Shown here piece by piece: positions 1 to 4,883 of a stretch of DNA of 5,032 nt. Made by a program: the position numbers and the translations under genes. The notes beneath the pieces are model-generated. The model did no database searches, was not told the DNA's origin, and worked only from the letters and a program-made list of their open reading frames with translations. Numbering within the stretch: position 1 is the stretch's first letter; the number at the start of each line of letters is the position of its first letter. The stretch comes from a virus. The DNA is taken from IMG/VR virus record IMGVR_UViG_3300045988_003444, positions 1 through 5,032 of that record; one strand, 5' to 3'.

Positions 1-55
1 AGACGAGCATTCTGGGCAGCGAAGCCTGCGGCAGAATTAGACTGATTAGCTGAAG
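1..55. repeat. Terminal direct repeat, identical to 4978..5032. This is the overlap signature of a circular genome (unit length 4977 nt).
   Basis: I compared the two ends base by base. agacgagcattctgggcagcgaagcctgcggcagaattagactgattagctgaag occurs at both ends. The minus-strand ORF leaving position 1 continues in frame at 4977 (4977 is divisible by 3). Confidence 0.95.
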
Positions 56-593
56 CTATATTAGAAAGTATGCCTGAAGAAAGATAAGATCCTTGAAGTC
101 TTAAGTTCTGAAGCTCCTGATCCATTTTCTGAAGCTCGTAACCAAGACGTTTTTCATACGTCTGCTCAAGAAGATTCAAATTATTAGCCTTAATGCCATT
201 ATCAATAACTACTCCATGGGCATTCTGACGAAAGTAATTGGCTTCTGCGAAGTTTTTATCAATTTGAGATGCTGCGAGATGTTCGACGTTCTTAGCCTGC
301 CGTTCAGCAGCACCAGCGGCTCTAGCAGAGTTCATAGTAGAACCAATATCACTCATGCCAACAGAAGCAGCTGAAGCTCCAGCTATAGAACCGCCTATAC
401 CATTAGTTGCAGCAAGTATAGGATTGAGACCAGCGGCACGCATATCATCAACAGCCCATTGATAACGATGCTTATAGTTTTCGACGTTCCACGCGTTAGC
501 CTGTGCGGCATTAGCGGAATTATAATGATTCTGAACTGCAGAACCAAGAAGAGAACCAGCGACACTGCCTAATGTATCGGAAAGCCATGACAT
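1..593 (-). CDS. VP2: DNA pilot / minor capsid protein VP2, N-terminal 197 codons. The gene runs off the left edge and continues at 4977 on the circle.
   Basis: ATG at 593..591 is preceded by AGGAG with an 8-nt spacer (ctagAGGAGttggttatATG). I checked every codon from 593 to 3 by hand and found no stop. The translation starts MSWLSDTLGSVAGSLLGSAVQNHYNSANAAQANAWNVENYKHRYQWAVDDMRAAGLNPILAATNG. The YKHRYQW..DDMRAAGLNPIL segment is typical of gokushovirus VP2. The ORF track missed it because the stop lies beyond the window edge. Confidence 0.85.
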   Translation of the reverse strand, partial: MSWLSDTLGSVAGSLLGSAVQNHYNSANAAQANAWNVENYKHRYQWAVDDMRAAGLNPILAATNGIGGSIAGASAASVGMSDIGSTMNSARAAGAAERQAKNVEHLAASQIDKNFAEANYFRQNAHGVVIDNGIKANNLNLLEQTYEKRLGYELQKMDQELQNLRLQGSYLSSGILSNIASANQSNSAAGFAAQNAR

Positions 594-606
594 ATAACCA
601 ACTCCT

Positions 607-2328
607 CTAGAAGTGATCTACGAGACCAGGGGTACCAAACATAGGCATAGGACGCACAGTAGTATAACGGAAGCCTACGTCGAGCAAGAACTCAGGCTCA
701 TCTTGAACCGCGACAATGCGCTTAATAGGCGGATTTTCAGTGATGAATTCCTCATTGAGAGTAGGAGCATTACTGAAGAATTGAGATAAGTGCCAGACGT
801 CGAGATTACCACCGACTACAGAGCTACGGAACTTGCCTGTGATCTGAGAAGGTTTATAACGATATTCAGCGTAGCGTTCCTGGTAGCCGAAAACAGTAGT
901 ATCAGCTTCAGAACCTTGAGCATAGATCTCACGAAGTTCAATGGCCTGCTCACCAAGATGCGCGAATGTAGGCCAATAAAAATCATAAACAGTAGAACGA
1001 AGCCACATTTTGTTAATACCTTGCTGATAGGTTAAGTCAGCACGAGCGCAAACAAAGCCTATAATATAGCCGTGTTCAACAAAAGACTTTGTAAAACCAT
1101 GGAATCTAGACGCAGTAACGCCATAAGCGGAGAGATTGCCTTGAGGGGAGGTGTTGTCGGTTGCTGAAGTCTGAGCTATTGGATTGACGTTAACCATCTT
1201 CGTGAAGGAGCCGAGGAACTCAGGACGCTGAAGACGAGCGTCTGGAGAAACAACGCCGAAGAAAGAGCGAAGCACTTCAGTATACCGACTGCCACCGCGG
1301 GCAAGACGCTCATAGAACTTCTGCATTTGGAAAGCAGTGCGTAAGCTGTTGATAGTGAATATACTTGAGCTGTCGAGATCAGCATATGAATCCTTCGACA
1401 GCCAAGAAGAACCGGGTTGGGCAGTAACAGTAGCTAGACCAGAACCGTTAATAGAGTGACCAGCTATAGAGACATGATAACCACCTTGATACTTCAATGT
1501 GCCGCTTCCGGTATAGACACTATGAACACCGCCGCTTTCAGAAAGCTGAGCAGCACCTAAGTTATTATCAGACTGCTGAACGAAATAGCCTGAAACAGGC
1601 GAAGGGTCGACTAGGGTAGCGGTACCGGCCAGGCCTATAGATACACCGGGTCCTTTCTGCGTCCAAGGCAATGCCGAAGTGAAGTAATCATGACGCTTAC
1701 CGCGAGGCGGACAAGGATATCCGGGGAAAATGGAAGTTCCAGATTTAAATAGCCAAGAAGGCTGATCGGAAGCGCGAGAAGAATCCAATACTTCATTCTT
1801 ATCGCCTTTCTGAATCTTAACGGATTTCTGGAGGTTCTCGTCTCTGAACCATTCGTTCCAGATAAGGTATACAGCACGGAATGGAAGAGCGTTAATACCA
1901 GATATAGTATTAGACGTGTTAATAGGCAATCCGAAATAATCCCATAGAGAACCTACATAAGTATTGTTAGTGTTATCGTTACCCATCATGACCGGGATGA
2001 CATAATCAGTACTATCATCAGGATCTTCCTGTTCGAAGCAGAAATTCTGCCAGTGGTCCCATACTAGGCGATTGGGAACAAAGAAGAAAAACCAGTCAAG
2101 ATAAATATTATCCATGATAGGCTTAATCGGGGTAGCCAGGCGAGCAAAGTAATTGACAGACATACGAGTAGTATCGCCAGGCAGTACTTCATCGACGAAC
2201 ACAGGTATGAGCCTGCCTGAATTGAAAGTTGTCTTATAGACATGCGAACGGTCGAACTTAGTTCTTCGCATATACATTGCAGGAGCATCACTGAAGCGAT
2301 GTCCTCTAACTCTAATTTTTCGAGCCAA
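607..2328 (-). CDS. VP1: Major capsid protein VP1 (Microviridae F-protein family), 573 aa.
   Basis: This is the largest ORF. The N-terminal segment RRTKFDRSHVYKTTFNSGRLIPVFVDEVLPGDT and the central segment TINSLRTAFQMQKFYERLARGGSRYTEVLRSFFGVVSPDARLQRPEFLG are hallmark conserved blocks of microvirus major capsid proteins. The start is TTG at 2328, preceded by AAGGTG and a 5-nt spacer. The stop is TAG 609..607. Confidence 0.97.
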   Translation of the reverse strand: MARKIRVRGHRFSDAPAMYMRRTKFDRSHVYKTTFNSGRLIPVFVDEVLPGDTTRMSVNYFARLATPIKPIMDNIYLDWFFFFVPNRLVWDHWQNFCFEQEDPDDSTDYVIPVMMGNDNTNNTYVGSLWDYFGLPINTSNTISGINALPFRAVYLIWNEWFRDENLQKSVKIQKGDKNEVLDSSRASDQPSWLFKSGTSIFPGYPCPPRGKRHDYFTSALPWTQKGPGVSIGLAGTATLVDPSPVSGYFVQQSDNNLGAAQLSESGGVHSVYTGSGTLKYQGGYHVSIAGHSINGSGLATVTAQPGSSWLSKDSYADLDSSSIFTINSLRTAFQMQKFYERLARGGSRYTEVLRSFFGVVSPDARLQRPEFLGSFTKMVNVNPIAQTSATDNTSPQGNLSAYGVTASRFHGFTKSFVEHGYIIGFVCARADLTYQQGINKMWLRSTVYDFYWPTFAHLGEQAIELREIYAQGSEADTTVFGYQERYAEYRYKPSQITGKFRSSVVGGNLDVWHLSQFFSNAPTLNEEFITENPPIKRIVAVQDEPEFLLDVGFRYTTVRPMPMFGTPGLVDHF

Positions 2329-2350
2329 TTTTTCACCTTCTTTAGAGTGT

Positions 2351-2390
2351 AAACCTAAGAATTGACCTGAAGCAATATATTCTTAGGTTT
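2351..2390. other. Perfect 12-bp inverted repeat with a 16-nt loop in the VP3-VP1 intergenic region.
   Basis: aaacctaagaat (2351..2362) is the exact reverse complement of attcttaggttt (2379..2390). The loop is tgacctgaagcaatat. It lies 23 nt upstream, in mRNA sense, of the VP1 start. Confidence 0.6.
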
Positions 2391-2413
2391 TAGTTTATTT
2401 TTGCGTCACCTAC

Positions 2414-2440
2414 GCCAGTTACATCAAGTAAGTAACTGGC
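2414..2440. other. Perfect 9-bp inverted repeat with a 9-nt loop, just downstream of the VP3 stop.
   Basis: gccagttac (2414..2422) pairs with gtaactggc (2432..2440). The loop is atcaagtaa. It begins 11 nt after the VP3 TAG in mRNA sense. No U-tract follows it on the coding strand. Confidence 0.55.
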
Positions 2441-2451
2441 TTCGGTGCCGC

Positions 2452-2934
2452 CTATTTTAGTGTTTCTTCATTATTTTGTGTTAAAGTGTTATTTTTTTCT
2501 TGTGTTTGTTCACTACTTACGGACTGTTGTGGTTTATCAGAGGTATAATCACTACCATACAGACCTTCTCGTTGGAGATATTCGAGCGTTTCAGGGTTAT
2601 TTAATTGGCTGATGAAATTCATGGGATCGTGGCCGAATTTAGCTCGAATGTAAGCGGGCAAGCTGTAGAATTCTTCACGAACTCCAGAGACAAGTTCGAG
2701 AGCCGTGCTATAGTCGCCGGGAAGTGTTGCATCTCCGAATTGTAGATAAGCATACTGCGAACTATCGCCGAGATCCAGAGTAGCTATACCTTTCTGACCA
2801 TCAGCATACTTGTTGACGATATAGTTGATATCAGTTTCATCTTTCTCGTCCTGAACGGCGAGGGAGGGCATAGTAAACTCAATGCCGCAATGATCATGTT
2901 CTTCTACGGGATCATAAGCTGTTCTAAACTTCAT
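2452..2934 (-). CDS. VP3: Internal scaffolding protein VP3, 160 aa.
   Basis: ATG at 2934 is preceded by GAGGTG with a 5-nt spacer. The pattern MKFRTAYDP...PSLAVQDEKDETDINYIVNKY...EEFYSLPAYIRAKFGHDPMNF matches the conserved layout of gokushovirus/chlamydiaphage VP3 scaffold proteins as I recall the family. The position immediately upstream of VP1 fits. Confidence 0.85.
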   Translation of the reverse strand: MKFRTAYDPVEEHDHCGIEFTMPSLAVQDEKDETDINYIVNKYADGQKGIATLDLGDSSQYAYLQFGDATLPGDYSTALELVSGVREEFYSLPAYIRAKFGHDPMNFISQLNNPETLEYLQREGLYGSDYTSDKPQQSVSSEQTQEKNNTLTQNNEETLK

Positions 2935-2980
2935 AGTTTCACCTCTTTTCGCAGGCGCCTAGACGCGGCGGGCGTGGCGC

Positions 2981-3015
2981 ACAGAAAAAGGACGATCTCT
3001 TGCGAGACCGTCCTT
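2981..3015 (-). terminator. Rho-independent terminator on the minus strand, downstream of the ORF5-like gene.
   Basis: The minus-sense RNA reads AAGGACGGUCUC-GCAA-GAGAUCGUCCUU followed by UUUCUGU. That is a 12-bp stem and a GNRA-type tetraloop, with a U-run of 5 counting the last two stem residues. The single non-Watson-Crick position is a G-U wobble in minus sense but an A-C mismatch in plus sense. The structure is therefore better on the coding-strand transcript. Confidence 0.65.
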
Positions 3016-3041
3016 ATTCTGATACGCTCTATATTAGATTA

Positions 3042-3254
3042 TCATTTAATCGAGTCGCTGTCAACATCCTGTACGTAGTCTACGGCGCGACCAACCAAGA
3101 CAGGAACGCGGGTTTCGTCAGAACTTTCAGTATAATAGAGGCCATCAGTATCGCCAAGGTTACCGACATAATAAATACTAAAATCTTCAGGGTAACTATT
3201 AATAAGCATCTTATCATCATTGACCAAACCTTCGAAAGCTCGCAGAGCGAGCAT
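3042..3254 (-). CDS. ORF5/VP5-like small non-structural protein, C-terminal 70 aa as an ATG-initiated ORF.
   Basis: MLALRAFEGLVNDDKMLINSYPEDFSIYYVGNLGDTDG carries the RAF...VND...(H/Y)PEDF.(L/I)...G.(F/L).D..G pattern that I recall from the small ORF5/VP5 family of gokushoviruses and chlamydiaphages. There is no convincing SD in front of ATG 3254, and the similarity continues upstream of this ATG (see the pseudogene entry and findings). Confidence 0.55.
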   Translation of the reverse strand: MLALRAFEGLVNDDKMLINSYPEDFSIYYVGNLGDTDGLYYTESSDETRVPVLVGRAVDYVQDVDSDSIK

Positions 3255-3277
3255 GTCATTATGGTATACCTGTGGAG

Positions 3278-3294
3278 GGCTGAATTATTCAGCC
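3278..3294. repeat. 17-nt perfect palindrome ggctgaattattcagcc (7-bp stem, 3-nt loop).
   Basis: ggctgaa pairs with ttcagcc. On the minus strand the loop triplet is TAA at 3287..3285, which is the in-frame stop of the ORF5-like frame. Confidence 0.9.
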
Positions 3295-3300
3295 TTGGAG

Positions 3301-3543
3301 TCATAAATGCAATAGAGTCTCAGCAGAACCATCTCCTTTTCTAAAAGCAACTAAATACCTACGAATCATGAGATATAGCGTAGCTGATATGACATAATAG
3401 TCATTATCAAGACGGATAACTCTAGAATCATCAGGCTTGAGGCGGTAAGCAGCATATTTGCTTCCGCGAAAAGAGTAATTGAAGAGAATATTACGATTCG
3501 AACAGAATTTTTCAACAGCTTCAAGCTCGCTAATAATAATCAT
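3301..3543 (-). CDS. Hypothetical protein, 80 aa, between VP4 and the ORF5-like gene.
   Basis: It fills the only otherwise unassigned same-strand gap. The start context is cagAAAGGAGATGatt, so the SD abuts the ATG with a 0-nt spacer, which is atypical. The stop is TGA 3303..3301. I recognise no family in MIIISELEAVEKFCSNRNILFNYSFRGSKYAAYRLKPDDSRVIRLDNDYYVI.... Confidence 0.5.
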   Translation of the reverse strand: MIIISELEAVEKFCSNRNILFNYSFRGSKYAAYRLKPDDSRVIRLDNDYYVISATLYLMIRRYLVAFRKGDGSAETLLHL

Positions 3544-3570
3544 CTCCTTTCTGATTTAATGATAACACAG

Positions 3571-4482
3571 TCACAATACTTTGTCAAGCTTTCGGCCAAG
3601 AAAATGCTTGTATTTCCCTTCCTGAACGCGACAGCGATCGACCAGACGCTCATAAGTATTGTTCTCCAAGTTATGAAGCATCTTCTCAATACGGTTATTG
3701 CGAATGAACTCCATCCAGTGAGGATGCGTTTCATTGAATTTATTATCGTAATAACGAGGAGGACGCATCTTCTTACCGTTAATGACAACGAAATCATTAG
3801 CATAACACTCCTCACCATGCTCTTCGAGCCATTTTCCGCCTATACCGGGACGATTAGATGCCAGCATGAACTCAGGAGTGCGACCATTATAATGAGCAGC
3901 AGCATTACTACCAGTCTGCTTCTTCACTATGTAGCGCGCGACGTAAGCAGCAGCGTCGAAACTAAAATCGCCAATAAGGTGCATACCGTATTTCCAGATT
4001 TTCGAAAAACGAGCAGAAGTATAAGTGTTATAACCATCTGTGCGGAACCGAAAAATTTTGTCATCAAAATCAATATTAAACAATATGTAATGATAATGGG
4101 GACGATCATGAAGTTCACCGTATTCACCACAGCTGAGGAAGCGAATACCACTGCCATACTCGCGACGAAGATTTTTCATGAACGTTTGATGAAATTTTTT
4201 GCTCAGACTCTTATTGGTCGGCAAATGATAATCATCAAAGGTGCACGTAACGAAATAAGCTGAAGACGAAGTACGGGCTTCGTGAACAGCTCTGACAGCC
4301 CATTGACGAGAATTTTCGAGCCGACAGCCGATGCACTGTTTGCAAGAGCAGCGAATGAAACGGCTATCGTTAGCGAGTTCAGGGTGAGAGGAAAGGCTGC
4401 CGTAGAAACTATAATGTTGTTTTCCGTTTTTCGTAATGGCTCCTTCGACTGGGCACATGAGAATAGGATTATAGCATACCAT
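3571..4482 (-). CDS. VP4: Replication initiation protein VP4 (HUH rolling-circle endonuclease, phiX174 A-like), 303 aa from ATG 4482.
   Basis: Motif 1 is FVTCTFD. The HUH motif is RPHYHYILF, with codons CAT TAT CAT verified at 4098..4090. The double-tyrosine catalytic motif is YVARYIVKK, with TAC GTC GCG CGC TAC verified at 3945..3931 (compare phiX174 A, YVAKYVNKK). The Cys cluster CSCKQCIGCRLENSRQWA is typical of gokushovirus VP4. I prefer ATG 4482 (AGGTGA plus a 5-nt spacer) over the track's GTG at 4491, because that GTG lies inside the SD. Confidence 0.95.
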   Translation of the reverse strand: MVCYNPILMCPVEGAITKNGKQHYSFYGSLSSHPELANDSRFIRCSCKQCIGCRLENSRQWAVRAVHEARTSSSAYFVTCTFDDYHLPTNKSLSKKFHQTFMKNLRREYGSGIRFLSCGEYGELHDRPHYHYILFNIDFDDKIFRFRTDGYNTYTSARFSKIWKYGMHLIGDFSFDAAAYVARYIVKKQTGSNAAAHYNGRTPEFMLASNRPGIGGKWLEEHGEECYANDFVVINGKKMRPPRYYDNKFNETHPHWMEFIRNNRIEKMLHNLENNTYERLVDRCRVQEGKYKHFLGRKLDKVL

Positions 4483-4499
4483 ATTTATCACCTGTACCG

Positions 4500-4528
4500 A
4501 TTGTATCAGGATTAAGTCAGAATGTCAA
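4500..4528 (-). promoter_or_regulatory. Sigma70-type promoter upstream of VP4.
   Basis: On the minus strand, TTGACA (4528..4523) is followed by an exactly 17-nt spacer and then TACAAT (4505..4500). The -35 box overlaps the TGA stop of the Arg-rich gene. The predicted start near 4493 gives a very short leader that begins at the VP4 SD. Confidence 0.6.
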
Positions 4529-4635
4529 ATCCTAAATCCACCACGTCCTACTCTTTTGAAATTTCTGCGGCGAGATTTGGAGGTGCGCCGAAAAAGGCGA
4601 CGAGAACCACGCTTAGATAATTTTCGACGTCTCAT
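4525..4635 (-). CDS. Small arginine-rich DNA-binding/packaging protein (phiX174 J-like, chlamydiaphage ORF8-like), 36 aa.
   Basis: Hand-translated codon by codon: MRRRKLSKRGSRRLFRRTSKSRRRNFKRVGRGGFRI, with 18 of 36 residues R or K. GGAGG lies 8 nt upstream. Its ATG (4635..4633) overlaps the TGA of the preceding gene as ATGA. It was too short for the supplied ORF track. Confidence 0.8.
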   Translation of the reverse strand: MRRRKLSKRGSRRLFRRTSKSRRRNFKRVGRGGFRI

Positions 4636-4871
4636 TTAGCGTCCCTCCAAGAACCGAAAAAACGGCTAGTTTTTTTAGAATCGTTTTTATTAGCAACTGG
4701 CTCAACAAGTTTATCAACATCGTGCGAAAAGTCGGATGCGACTTTACTGACAAGCTGAGTAGATGCAGTAGAACGGCCTTTCAATGCTTCGATCAGGTCA
4801 ACAACTTCCTGAATGAAGGGAACAACAACGGAAACAATAAAAGTTAGAATCATAGTAGTTTTGTTAGACAT
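4632..4871 (-). CDS. Small membrane protein, 79 aa, with one N-terminal transmembrane helix. Function unknown; lysis candidate.
   Basis: ATG 4871 is preceded by AAGGAG and an 8-nt spacer. The track's GTG at 4880 is part of that SD. The sequence is MSNKTTMILTFIVSVVVPFIQEVVDLIEALKGR...KKTSRFFGSWRDAK, with a hydrophobic stretch of about 16 residues at positions 6..21, then a polar, charged tail. It is tightly packed between VP2 (its SD overlaps the VP2 stop) and the J-like gene (ATGA overlap). Confidence 0.65.
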   Translation of the reverse strand: MSNKTTMILTFIVSVVVPFIQEVVDLIEALKGRSTASTQLVSKVASDFSHDVDKLVEPVANKNDSKKTSRFFGSWRDAK

Positions 4872-4883
4872 TATATACACTCC

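Larger units (their letters stand above)
3042..3332 (-). pseudogene. Full-length ORF5/VP5-like reading frame interrupted by one in-frame TAA (3287..3285).
   Basis: ATG 3332 is in frame with ATG 3254 (78 nt apart). The translation is MVLLRLYCIYDSKAE-stop-FSPPQVYHNDMLALRAFEGLV.... The IYDSKAE.F..P block and its 15-residue spacing to RAF match the family N-terminus as I recall it. The frame is either disrupted or recoded. Confidence 0.4.

Noticed and set aside
1-55. The terminal repeat as a biological direct terminal repeat or LTR of a linear element.
   Set aside because: The VP2 frame is continuous and in frame across the junction, and Microviridae genomes are circular ssDNA. The repeat is best explained as a circular-contig overlap.
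790-1035. 81-aa plus-strand ORF. The same reasoning applies to the plus-strand ORFs 2890..3078, 3000..3344 and 4282..4515.
   Set aside because: All lie antisense to well-supported minus-strand genes or span their junctions. Microviridae transcribe a single strand. None has a convincing SD or a family resemblance.
1176-1877. Minus-strand alternate-frame ORFs 1176..1385 (69 aa) and 1635..1877 (80 aa) inside VP1, and likewise 3927..4157 (76 aa) inside VP4.
   Set aside because: They have no SD, no junction coupling and no recognisable features. Their lengths are within the chance expectation for alternate frames.
2064-2336. 90-aa minus-strand ORF overlapping the VP1 N-terminus, with a hydrophobic C-terminal half. 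It superficially resembles an E-like overprinted gene.
   Set aside because: Its GTG start is inside the VP1 SD, so it has no ribosome-binding site of its own. Its internal ATGs lack an SD. Hydrophobic off-frame products of this length are expected by chance. It is worth revisiting only if the frame is conserved in relatives.
2351-2403. The hairpin plus T-run, read as a plus-strand intrinsic terminator.
   Set aside because: There are no credible plus-strand genes or promoters to terminate. The T-run is simply the complement of an A-rich stretch on the coding strand.
3285-3287. The in-frame TAA in the ORF5-like gene as evidence of genome-wide stop-codon reassignment.
   Set aside because: TAA is the functional stop of VP2 (4886..4884), with the next gene's SD overlapping it and its ATG 12 nt downstream. 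TGA and TAG terminate the other genes at sensible lengths. A global recoding is not supported; only a local event remains possible.
3559-4263. 234-aa plus-strand ORF, the second-longest ORF in the region.
   Set aside because: It lies entirely antisense to the motif-verified VP4 gene. It has no SD, and its product is a low-complexity I/T/L-rich sequence with no recognisable motifs. This is a typical shadow ORF opposite a real gene.
4480-4491. GTG starts used by the ORF track for VP4 (4491) and for the small TM protein (4880).
   Set aside because: In both cases the GTG is part of the SD sequence itself (AGGTGA and AAGGAG-tg). An ATG lies 9 nt downstream of each GTG, leaving 5 nt (VP4) or 8 nt (TM protein) between the SD and the ATG. 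I therefore trimmed the starts to 4482 and 4871.
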